Positions 53,202 to 62,377 of a stretch of 64,000 nucleotides of DNA are shown here, one piece after another (within the stretch, counting starts at the first letter, position 1; every line of letters begins with the position of its first letter). This DNA is from an uncultured Chloroflexia bacterium. GTDB lineage: Bacteria > Chloroflexota > Anaerolineae > JAAYZQ01. The notes beneath the pieces were generated by a model that searched no databases, was not told the origin of the DNA, and saw only the letters and a program-made list of their open reading frames with translations. The stretch is taken from positions 96,001-160,000 of the forward strand of contig CAVOXA010000022.1 in the NCBI GenBank assembly GCA_963700285.1. Reading direction: 5' to 3'. The translations under genes and the position numbers were made by a program.

Positions 53202-54629
53202 ATGCCAGCCGTTAAGCTAGTCCGCCAATACCTAAACCAATGGTCACAAGCAGGCAGACACATTCACCAAAACGCGGGCGACTTTTACCAATCAACCGGA
53301 CTCTATCCCACACTTGACCGTCAAGAACTACGACGAGCGCCAGCAGTGTCCAGCCATCTAACCCACACCGGCTTGACTGGCGTGCATGGCATGTTCTACG
53401 ACGCAGCCAACGCCCGCTACGTACTCGTCGGAACCGACACATCATCTGACCTTGCGTGCACCTACTTCTCTAGCGCATGGTCTCACGTCGGCAGCACATA
53501 CCAGATGAACGGTTCTTGTTCTGTCCTTGACGGTCTGCCCCTGCGTAATCTGTTCTATGCTCACGGTAATCTCTGGTACCTCGCTGACACCGAAATGAAG
53601 TACAACAGCGCGTACACTTCCTCCGGTGATGGATCCTTTGGCTCTGACCCTGGAGTGCTCCTGACCTACGTCGGCGGAAGGATCTACTTGGTACAAAGCG
53701 ACATGCGCACCTATCGCACACTGACCGACGGCTCTGCCATGGACGGACACTACAACCCGGCCAACAATCTGATCCCACTCTTTGCCACAGGTCTCAAAGA
53801 CGACCTGCTGATCGTCGGACGCATGGAATCAGGAGAGATTCGGGTCTTCAGAACACCCGCCTATGCCAAGACCTCCACGCGCAAGCTAGAAGACATGGCC
53901 GTTCTTCCCAACGACACGGCCGCCTATTCCTCCGGTGGATGTCCCTTTGCCACCCACGACAACGACCTCTATCTCCTATCCGGCGACATGCCCAACCCTG
54001 ACGGAACCGTCACCCGAGACCTGCTGGCCTACACCGGCTATCGACTCGAGAGGATCGCCCGCATATCCAACGGCACCGCCAGCCCTCTGGCCTGCGGCTT
54101 GCTGACTTGGCGTGGTGAGCTGATCTACTACCAGATCACCGCCTCCACCGCAACGCTCAAGATGCTTGTCGGTAACGCGCTCATCGACCTGGTTGACGTC
54201 ACCAGCTATTCAGGCACTGGAACCGTTCCCTTTGTCGCCTGTCTAGCCAACGAGATTCTCCTGACCGGCCTCAGCGGCGCGACTCAGGGAATCTATCACC
54301 TGGGCGGCGCATCACTTCAGAACGGCAACGTCGAAACCGCCTACCTCGACGGAGGTATGCCAGGTGTCAAGAAACGGCTGATCACCCTGTCGATGCACGT
54401 AAAAAGCCCCACGTCCGCCACAGTCAAAACGCTGAGCTACAAAACCGACGACGCCACAAGCTACACCCAGGCCGGCACCGCTACGAGCATAACCGCCACC
54501 CTGTCAGCCACCGACCTGGGCGTAGAGTTCTACCGCCTCCGGATCAAAGCCGCCCTGGCCGACACTTCCACAACCGCAGACGCACGCATAGCCGGCATAT
54601 CCTACACTTACGCCGTAGGAGACGAGTAA
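53202..54629 (+). CDS. Beta-propeller-like protein, possible short-tail nozzle/DNA-stabilisation protein
   Basis: GAGGAGG RBS; 475 aa beta-rich; C-terminal ETAYLDGGMPGVKKR...FYRLRIKA pattern. Confidence 0.5.
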   Translation: MPAVKLVRQYLNQWSQAGRHIHQNAGDFYQSTGLYPTLDRQELRRAPAVSSHLTHTGLTGVHGMFYDAANARYVLVGTDTSSDLACTYFSSAWSHVGSTYQMNGSCSVLDGLPLRNLFYAHGNLWYLADTEMKYNSAYTSSGDGSFGSDPGVLLTYVGGRIYLVQSDMRTYRTLTDGSAMDGHYNPANNLIPLFATGLKDDLLIVGRMESGEIRVFRTPAYAKTSTRKLEDMAVLPNDTAAYSSGGCPFATHDNDLYLLSGDMPNPDGTVTRDLLAYTGYRLERIARISNGTASPLACGLLTWRGELIYYQITASTATLKMLVGNALIDLVDVTSYSGTGTVPFVACLANEILLTGLSGATQGIYHLGGASLQNGNVETAYLDGGMPGVKKRLITLSMHVKSPTSATVKTLSYKTDDATSYTQAGTATSITATLSATDLGVEFYRLRIKAALADTSTTADARIAGISYTYAVGDE

Positions 54630-54715
54630 CCCTATCTTTCCCTGGCGTCTTTGCGAGACATTACCATTCTTCTAATTCGTGTAATTCGTGAAATTCGTGG
54701 CAGAGAGGACTAATC

Positions 54716-55117
54716 ATGGCCCTAACGATCATCATCACACCCATCCTGCGTACAATCAAGATCAACCCCGTACTCTACCAGCCGCCCACCGACACCCCGC
54801 CCGAGGTACCGATCGTCGGTGATGAACTCTATGGCACCGTCGACGAAGCCCTGCCACCCGAAGACCCGGCCGAGGAGGAGACAATTGAAATACCGCGCCT
54901 GGTCTACGCCAGCCGCAACCCACGAACGCCATGCCCGGTCTGCAAGCCCATGCTCGGCACCGTCTGGCAACTGGGCTGCCAGCCACGCCTGCCACGACAC
55001 GAGAACTGCATGTGCTTCTACCAGGAAACCTGGACAGCCGAAACCAAGAACCGGCCCCGCTTCAAGCACAAGCCCGCCAACCAAGCCGCCGCCGAGGACA
55101 AACTGATCCTGATCTAG
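54716..55117 (+). CDS. Protein with Mu gpF/SPP1 gp7-like Cys-His motif
   Basis: CPVCKPMLG...PRLPRHENCMC. Confidence 0.55.
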   Translation: MALTIIITPILRTIKINPVLYQPPTDTPPEVPIVGDELYGTVDEALPPEDPAEEETIEIPRLVYASRNPRTPCPVCKPMLGTVWQLGCQPRLPRHENCMCFYQETWTAETKNRPRFKHKPANQAAAEDKLILI

Positions 55118-55371
55118 CCGGCTTTTCCTCTCCTGGGCTGCGTCGACCACGGGCCACTGCGGAGCCTTTTGCTAGCATTCGGGGAAATCAAGATCTGCTG
55201 GCAACAGGTGTGTGTAGGCTGCCTGACCTGAGCTGCCTACAGGTTGTGACAGGTGGGCGGTGCCAAGTGGCCGGGTGGTTCGGGGTACTGGTCTGTGATT
55301 GGTAGTAGACCGATAGGTGAGGCTACTGGCTTGGCCGGGATCCGGAGAGTGTATGCTGTTTCCGTGATGCA

Positions 55372-57837
55372 TCAAGGGGCTTGGGCCAAGACCTCGAACA
55401 CCCAGGTGCCATCCCTCGAGAATAGTTGGCGGTAGTGGTCGTTGTCTGCAAGACTCGAAGGCGAGAGTATACCGCCGCGAGCACCGACATAGACGTGACT
55501 GATGCCCTGTTCGCAAAGCACAGGCCACAGGGCCTCCGGATTCAGGGCCTCGCGGTAAACCGCATTGCAGAACTCTTCCATCCTCCAGAACGCCTCAGCA
55601 GAGCCCATACCGTATAGCGCGGGAGGGGGCATGGTCCGTCTACCGGTCAGTGGCGCGATCCAGTAGCCCCCGTCGTGCCCGACGCAGCTATGCTCGTACC
55701 AGGGTGTGGGATTGATCAGGAATATCGCGTTTTCTGGTACATTGCTTCGGATCCAGTGTATGGCTGCGTCATCGGCCCGCCGGTATAGCGCCGTGTCTGG
55801 GTTCAGGATCGGTAGCATGGTCCAGGCACCGAACAGTATCAGTACGACGATCAGCGAAGCGATGGCCGCCCGATAGAGAGTAAGAAGACGGTCCGGAACG
55901 ACGCCGTACCAAGTGGCCAGTGTCTGGCTAACCAGAAATCCAACCAGCACTGACAAGGGGTAGAACATTGCTATCTCGACTGAAATATAGTTCACAAAGC
56001 CTGCACCTGGCAGTCCTAGCGCTCCAAGACTGGCCAGCAAGAAACACAGACTGATCCACAGTACCAGCATCGTGGCAAAGCGTTCTCTACGGTGCAGGGC
56101 CCAGGCGAGGCCCATCAGGGCCAGAACAAGAACGTATTTGCCCTGGCCAGTTGTCAGCACGTTCCAAGAGAATTTGGGAAACAGCTCTGGATTGGCTCCA
56201 GTCCAGGCTAGAAGCTTTGGCAGCCAGAGAGTGGTCCAGGCTGGCAGAAGCCAGGGCCAGGCTAGCAGAAGAACCACCAACATGAGCCCCCCGGCCCGAA
56301 GGCCGCCGGCAACAAGGACCCGCAAATGGGTTCCGGGACGGTAGCGCTGCGTTGCCCAGGATGCCAGGAGTAGACAGGCGAGGAAGGCTGTTACTTGGTA
56401 GTGTGTAAGCAGCAGTCCTGCCAGGGCGAGTCCTGTCAGAATCGAGATGCCATACCTTTTTCCCGGCCTCGCTTCCTTGCGCATCCCTGCAGGGCAAGGC
56501 GTGCCACGGAAGAGCACCCGGCGGGCCAGGGCCCACGCGGCAGGAAGGATAAGCAGCCCAGCCAACTGGGTATAGCGTCCCCAACTGGCATAGTAGGCCG
56601 GCATCGGGGAAAAGACCCCAACCACGACTGCGGCAGCCAGTCCTGCTACTCGGTCCCCGGTCAAATCTCTGGTCAAGAGGTACGCGGCAAATACCGAGAA
56701 AGCATTAAGTACCTGGCCCAGCAGCAGCATGGCCCGCGGCAGATCCAGGTCGGAAAGCCAGAGAAATGCAGCCAAAACGCTGTGGAATCCGCTGTGATAG
56801 CTGGCCGTATTGATATTCAGGAATGGGGCATAGGAGTTAGGCAACGCGCCTGCATCCACGATGAGGCTTGTCACGAGGGCATGGTGGACCGAATCTACCC
56901 AGGCTGGGGCGGCCAGGTCACGGATCATTGCCAGGCGTACAGCCAGCGACAGACCAAAGACTGCCCACAAGAAAACACTCCAGCGTCTGGGGACCTGTGA
57001 GACGCGCCAGGATCCTCTGCCAGGCTGCTTGGCTGTGTGCACTCTCTGGCGAACCAGTCTGAAGGCTGCGACCAGGACCAGTACAATCGCGCCTGCCAGG
57101 ACTGCCCGGCGGTTCCAATGCAGACCAAGCGTGGTTGTCCACAGGAGCACAAGGGGCACGCAAGCCAGGCTGAGTCCGATGGCCAGCGCGACTTGCTCGC
57201 CGTGGTCAAATCGGTGTCGCTGGCCCAGCACGTCGAGTAGCAGCCAGCCCGGGAGAAGCAACAGAACGGCAAAGGGTACGACCAGCCCTGCGTAGGGTAG
57301 CGCCGACAGCAGATCAGCCAACATGGACTCGGTATCGTAGTCATAAAGCAGGCGGAAGGCAAAATCTGAGTCGCTGGGCATGCCATCGAGCCATGCCTGA
57401 CCGCCTCCGTAAGCATCCTCGTTCCGCCCAAGAATGGTGACCGGCCCGTCAACCGCTTGTACCATTAGGTAGAAATCTTGACCGCCCTGGTTCTCTTGTA
57501 CAGGAAAACTGACCGTCACGCCTTGAGCAGCGTCTGTGGTATCCAGATCCAACCGGGTTGACGCGAGCGGCTGTGTGCTTTGGGGGTCAGAGTAGAGCGA
57601 GGCAAGAATCGACTGTTCAGCCAGGTCCGTGCCCGCCGGACTCTCTAACCATAGCTGAATGCCCGCTAGCCTGGGCCGCCTGGCAACAAGAGTCTGGCCG
57701 GCCGCGTGCCCAGCCTGTACGACTGCCACCGGCTCGCCGCGATAGACCTGTTCCGCTTCCGGGTCAGGAAGCGCGACGCAGGCTGACAGCAGGATGGTGA
57801 GCAGCAAGAGGATCGGCGCTATGCCGAAACGATACAT
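55372..57837 (-). CDS. Multi-pass membrane GT-C-like glycosyltransferase
   Basis: 821 aa, many TM segments, PAWVDSVHH, YHSGFH, WGRYTQL, DGGYWI motifs. Confidence 0.7.
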   Translation of the reverse strand: MYRFGIAPILLLLTILLSACVALPDPEAEQVYRGEPVAVVQAGHAAGQTLVARRPRLAGIQLWLESPAGTDLAEQSILASLYSDPQSTQPLASTRLDLDTTDAAQGVTVSFPVQENQGGQDFYLMVQAVDGPVTILGRNEDAYGGGQAWLDGMPSDSDFAFRLLYDYDTESMLADLLSALPYAGLVVPFAVLLLLPGWLLLDVLGQRHRFDHGEQVALAIGLSLACVPLVLLWTTTLGLHWNRRAVLAGAIVLVLVAAFRLVRQRVHTAKQPGRGSWRVSQVPRRWSVFLWAVFGLSLAVRLAMIRDLAAPAWVDSVHHALVTSLIVDAGALPNSYAPFLNINTASYHSGFHSVLAAFLWLSDLDLPRAMLLLGQVLNAFSVFAAYLLTRDLTGDRVAGLAAAVVVGVFSPMPAYYASWGRYTQLAGLLILPAAWALARRVLFRGTPCPAGMRKEARPGKRYGISILTGLALAGLLLTHYQVTAFLACLLLASWATQRYRPGTHLRVLVAGGLRAGGLMLVVLLLAWPWLLPAWTTLWLPKLLAWTGANPELFPKFSWNVLTTGQGKYVLVLALMGLAWALHRRERFATMLVLWISLCFLLASLGALGLPGAGFVNYISVEIAMFYPLSVLVGFLVSQTLATWYGVVPDRLLTLYRAAIASLIVVLILFGAWTMLPILNPDTALYRRADDAAIHWIRSNVPENAIFLINPTPWYEHSCVGHDGGYWIAPLTGRRTMPPPALYGMGSAEAFWRMEEFCNAVYREALNPEALWPVLCEQGISHVYVGARGGILSPSSLADNDHYRQLFSRDGTWVFEVLAQAP

Positions 57838-57888
57838 CTCACTTGTCTCTGGACGGGTGGGTTGCCGCTCTAAGGGCCGTCGTTTCGA

Positions 57889-59757
57889 TCAGTTCGGATC
57901 GCTCCGGCCCGTACCGGACCTGCTCCGGCTGACCACAATGCCAAGTACAGCAGATAGGGTCACGATGGCAAAGCCCACTGCCTGGACCGGGGATTCGCTG
58001 GCCTGCCCGGAAAGATAACCATCCGATGGAGTTGGATAGCCTCCCTTGCCAGGGTCGGCCGATGGTGCCCAGGTGATCGTGCGCTTCTGGCTCACAGCAC
58101 CGCGCGCCGGACCACTGGGCTGACCCTCGGAACTTGCCCCTGTTTGCCGTTTGACGAGCACATACCAGGCCGTCGGTTTCAGACTGCAAAGGTAGTTGTG
58201 GCTCTTGTCCATGAAGGGATCGATGTCCTGGATCGACCAGTCGGCTTTCTTGGTCCAGATCTCGTCTGTGCCCAGGTTGTGATCGATGCTAAGTGCATAG
58301 TACTCGTCCTCAGCCAGATCGCCCACGGATGTCCAGCGGAACGTGATCTGCTCCTTGCAGCCGCTGTACGTGGCTCCGTCCTGGGGCTCTGCCAGGTCCG
58401 GTGCCGGGTGAACTGCCCGGTCTGCCGGCGCTGGGCTTGCAGAGGCTGCTGCGCGGGTGGGTTCCGGCGTACTTGGAACCGCCGTTGCTTGCTTGGTGGC
58501 CGTTGGCGAAGCAGGGCGGGTAACTGAGGCTGTAGGCGTGGCTGGCAATTGAGTCTTGGTTGGCTCTATTGTCTCGGTGGCTGACGGCGTATCGGTAGGG
58601 AGCGACGTGCTGGTTGGAGAGAGGGTTTCTGTCGGTGCCGGGCTGTGGGACGGCTCGACCTCCTCGGGCCGCGTCGCCGTTATCACCTTGACCAAAGGGG
58701 TTGGAGCCACGATAGGCTCGGGGACGCTGCTGCCGCGGATGACGATGATGACGAGGATCGCGATGGCGATGGCCAGAACGGCCATCAGGATCAGTACCCA
58801 GGGAGGAAGACGCCGTGCCGATGGTGCCGATTTGGCAGGCGGTGTTCCTGGTGGTGTTCCAGTTTCTGCCCGCTGCTTGTACGTTGCCGTAGCCGCCATC
58901 GCTGACATAGGTGCTGGAAGGATAGGTGTCTCGCCGGCCAGGGCCCGCGCCAGATCTGCCACAAAGTCTGTCAGGGATTCGTACCGGCTGGCCGGATCCT
59001 TACTGAGTGCTGCACCCAGTACCCGGTCTACACCTGGGGGCAGGCTAGCCCCCAGGTCCCGGATGGGCACAGGTGGTTCGTAGATCTGCTTGTGCAACAC
59101 GGCAAGTGGGGTCGTTCCGCCAAAGGGTGTTTGGCCGCTCAGCATCTCGTAGGCGACGATGGCCAGCGAGTAGCTGTCGGTGGCGGGCCCGACCTCCTCG
59201 CCGCGTGCTTGCTCTGGCGACATATACTCAGGCGTGCCGATGGCGCCGCCGGTTGCCGTCAGCCCGGTTTCCTGGGCGGCCTTGGCGATCCCAAAATCGG
59301 TCAGCTTGGCCTTGCCCTCACTGTCGACGAGAATGTTTGCGGGCTTGATGTCGCGGTGGACCAGTTTCCGCCGGTGAGCATAGTCGATGGCATCGGCCAG
59401 CGGATTGAGGATGGCCAGGGCTGTGTCTGCACTACCCGCCTCTCCTTTGCGGATCAGGTCGGTCAAGTCTTGGCCCTGCACGTACTCCATGACAAAATAG
59501 TACAAGTCATCCTGCTGGCCCACATCGTAGATGGTGACCAGGTTGGGGTGGTCGAGGCGCGCTGCAGCCCTCGCCTCGCGCAGAAACCGCTCGACAAAGC
59601 CTTCCTCCCAGACCAGGTGCGGGGCCAAGACCTTGATGGCCACCTCCCGATCGAGATAGGGGTCGTAGGCCAGGTAAACGATGCCCATGCCCCCCCGGCC
59701 GATCTCAGATCTGATCTCGTATTTGCCTAATTGGCCGCCAGCCAAGTCCTGGGCCAT
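57889..59757 (-). CDS. Membrane Ser/Thr protein kinase
   Basis: IGRGGMG, VAIK, HRDIKPAN, DFG, GTPEYMSPEQ; TM and Pro/Thr linker. Confidence 0.95.
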   Translation of the reverse strand: MAQDLAGGQLGKYEIRSEIGRGGMGIVYLAYDPYLDREVAIKVLAPHLVWEEGFVERFLREARAAARLDHPNLVTIYDVGQQDDLYYFVMEYVQGQDLTDLIRKGEAGSADTALAILNPLADAIDYAHRRKLVHRDIKPANILVDSEGKAKLTDFGIAKAAQETGLTATGGAIGTPEYMSPEQARGEEVGPATDSYSLAIVAYEMLSGQTPFGGTTPLAVLHKQIYEPPVPIRDLGASLPPGVDRVLGAALSKDPASRYESLTDFVADLARALAGETPILPAPMSAMAATATYKQRAETGTPPGTPPAKSAPSARRLPPWVLILMAVLAIAIAILVIIVIRGSSVPEPIVAPTPLVKVITATRPEEVEPSHSPAPTETLSPTSTSLPTDTPSATETIEPTKTQLPATPTASVTRPASPTATKQATAVPSTPEPTRAAASASPAPADRAVHPAPDLAEPQDGATYSGCKEQITFRWTSVGDLAEDEYYALSIDHNLGTDEIWTKKADWSIQDIDPFMDKSHNYLCSLKPTAWYVLVKRQTGASSEGQPSGPARGAVSQKRTITWAPSADPGKGGYPTPSDGYLSGQASESPVQAVGFAIVTLSAVLGIVVSRSRSGTGRSDPN

Positions 59758-59907
59758 CCTTGCCTCCATGTAGACGTGCTGTTGCTTGCCTCAGTCAGAC
59801 TAGACTTTCGAGATTGCTCAACAATCGAGTTTCTGCCCAACCTCCAATGGCATGGCGTCACGCCGCTACTGCGCCCGCGCCATCGCTCCGCTGGTCCCAT
59901 CCCGAGT

Positions 59908-61782
59908 TCAGTACCGCAGCCAGCGATCATCGTTGTACAGGGCAAAGTATAGCGGCGTGAAGGAGGGGTGGGTGGCCCAATTGTACAGTTGATCCTCGCA
60001 GTACTCTACCGTGCTGCTGCGAAAGACCATGCCTCGCTCGAAGGTTTGCAGCGTAGCACAGAAACCCTTCTCTTCCTCGCGGGCCCAGCCCACCGCGCTG
60101 GACGGGCCGTCCAGGTGTTCTCGCCAGAGCCAGCCGAAACCGCGGACCGGCTCCTGCAGGCCTGGCGGCGGGCTCATCCCAACGCCGTTGGGATTGCTGC
60201 CATCCCACCTCAATGCTGGTGGGGTCTCCCACCAATGGCCGGCATTGGGGTCATTGCCGTTCAGAAGGTACAGGACATAGACCTTGTCGTTGTCGCTTCG
60301 CCACCACATGTAGCCCCGCTCAAAGGGCTGCCAGGCAGCCCATACCGTGTTGGCTCCGGCGACGGGGCAGCCTAACAGAGAACGGTCCCAGACTCCGGCC
60401 AGTTGAGGATCTGCCTGCAGCGCGCAGGTGGGCGGCGGAACAAGCGTGTTGGGCGGGGGCGCGGTTGGGCGTGCTTCTGCGGTCTGTGTCGCTGCGCGGG
60501 CCTCCTGCATGGCTCCGTCAGCCGACCGAGTTGCCGCCTGAGCATACTCTGTTGCACCTACGGCGGCCGTCTGTGTGTGTTGCCGCTGGGCTGCCTGGGC
60601 CGTGGCCTCCTGCCTCTCCTGCTCCCCGGCCTCAGCGATTCCGGTGGCTGCCACGCGGGTACTCTGTTCCTGGGTGGTCGCCGCCACAACCTGCAGCGTG
60701 GCCTGGAGCGCCGTCTCTGTGGCCGCGGGGGCGACGAGGGCCACAGGTGTGCCGGAGGCAGCCCCGGCAGGCTCCCGGGTTGGCGGGGGCGCCTTGGGAA
60801 GCAAGAATTGCGCGGTTACCAGCACGGCCAAAGCCAGGACCAGCACCGCCGCGGCGAGGCTCAGGCCGATGACCAGCCTTCGAGTGGCATGCCTAGCGGC
60901 GCCTTGCGGCTTTGTGGCGCGGACAACGGGCTGTGGCGTCCTGACAACGGCCCCGGTCAGCGCGCGACGGTAGGCTTCGCTGAGCGATCTGCCCGACTGG
61001 AACCGATCGTTGGGTTGCTTGGCCAGTGCTTTGACGAGTACGGACTCGATGGCGGGAGTCAACTTTGGGTTCAACTGGCGCGGAGGAGTGGGTGCTTCGT
61101 AGATCAGCTTGTGGATGGTGGCGTGGGGCAGTGTGCCCTGGAACGGTACCTGTCCGGTCAACATCTGGTACAGTACCGCTCCCAACGCGTAGAGGTCGGT
61201 GCGATGGTCAACGTGTCCTGCCTCGACCTGCTCAGGCGCCATGTAGGGTGGAGAACCGATCAGAACCCCGGTGCGGGTCAGATGGACGGTCTCCCAGGCT
61301 GCCTTGGCAATGCCAAAGTCAGTCAGCGTCACGTGGTCGCCCGGGCCGACAAAGATGTTGGCCGGCTTGACGTCGCGGTGGACGACGCCCTGCTGGTGGG
61401 CATGGTCCAGGGCTTGGGCGATCTGGTCCACGATACGGGCCGCCCGCCCTGGATGCAGCCGACCTTCCTGGGCGATGAGCTGTGCCAGGGTCTGGCCCTC
61501 CAGATACTCCATGGCGATGTAGTAGAGGCCCTCAGCCTGACCCATGTCATAGATGTGGACGATGTTGGGGTGGAGCAACTGGGCCGAAGCCCAACCCTCT
61601 CGCTGAAAACGGACCACGAATTCCTCGTCGTGGGCGAAATAGGAGGGGAGGACTTTGAGGGCCACGTAGCGGTTGAGAGACGGCTGGCGGGCGCGGTATA
61701 CGACTCCCATACCCCCCCGGCCGACCTCAACCAGGTCACGATAGTTGCCAAGGGGCTTGCCGGTCAAGCTCGATGCTGCCAC
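59908..61782 (-). CDS. Membrane Ser/Thr protein kinase
   Basis: VGRGGMG, VALK, HRDVKPAN, DFG, YMAPEQ; ectodomain with LGCP, QPFERG, PVRGFG motifs. Confidence 0.95.
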   Translation of the reverse strand: MAASSLTGKPLGNYRDLVEVGRGGMGVVYRARQPSLNRYVALKVLPSYFAHDEEFVVRFQREGWASAQLLHPNIVHIYDMGQAEGLYYIAMEYLEGQTLAQLIAQEGRLHPGRAARIVDQIAQALDHAHQQGVVHRDVKPANIFVGPGDHVTLTDFGIAKAAWETVHLTRTGVLIGSPPYMAPEQVEAGHVDHRTDLYALGAVLYQMLTGQVPFQGTLPHATIHKLIYEAPTPPRQLNPKLTPAIESVLVKALAKQPNDRFQSGRSLSEAYRRALTGAVVRTPQPVVRATKPQGAARHATRRLVIGLSLAAAVLVLALAVLVTAQFLLPKAPPPTREPAGAASGTPVALVAPAATETALQATLQVVAATTQEQSTRVAATGIAEAGEQERQEATAQAAQRQHTQTAAVGATEYAQAATRSADGAMQEARAATQTAEARPTAPPPNTLVPPPTCALQADPQLAGVWDRSLLGCPVAGANTVWAAWQPFERGYMWWRSDNDKVYVLYLLNGNDPNAGHWWETPPALRWDGSNPNGVGMSPPPGLQEPVRGFGWLWREHLDGPSSAVGWAREEEKGFCATLQTFERGMVFRSSTVEYCEDQLYNWATHPSFTPLYFALYNDDRWLRY

Positions 61783-62377
61783 GTTGACTCCTCTGTCAGG
61801 TCGTAGGTGAGGGTCCTCGCTGTCACTGTCGCTCTGCGGTCTAGTCCTAATCCGTACTTTGGGGCTGCCGTCCCAGACCCTTGACGGTGGTCGGCCTGGG
61901 GAAATCTGGTCTTCTGCACAGGGGTGATTGCTTCTGTGCACAGTTTACCCCAGTATACCACCACTTTGCCTGGCTGGCAAAAGGGAAGCAACGATACCTC
62001 CCCATACCCAATTGGACGGGCTTGGAACTGCCAAGCAACAGAATCCTGAATTGACCTGACCTGCACTCTGTGCTAGAATACAGGGGCAGCGATCAACCCT
62101 GGACACGCCAGATGCATCTGAAGCTTTTGGTGTGACACAATCGCTACCTTGCATTTTCTACCGATTTATGATATAATCAGACAGTACACTAGGGTTTTAT
62201 CCTGGATGGGGTTGGGCACATAGCTGCCGCCCCCGTGGGTGCTCACCTTCGGGATGCCGGCCTGATGGCTTGGTTTTTTGGCCTGCCGGTCCTGAGCACC
62301 AAAGACGGGCCTGTTCTCGGCTGAGCGGAGGGCCTGTCTGGATTGGAGCCGGAGGATTTGATCAAGGGGGTGCTACC

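Larger units (their letters stand above)
40642..55117 (+). mobile_element. Phage-derived virion assembly operon (prophage remnant or GTA-like element)
   Basis: About 18 co-oriented genes in portal-protease-capsid-decoration-adaptor-nozzle order, plus holin and M23; C-rich coding strand; no integrase, terminase or tail genes recognised. Confidence 0.8.

Noticed and set aside
40610-55144. Possible att direct repeats bracketing the capsid operon (GGCTGCGTC at 40629-40637 and 55136-55144, with weak upstream similarity)
   Set aside because: Only 9 bp are exact, and the same 9-mer occurs by chance near 10236 and 55762; no integrase or tRNA is adjacent
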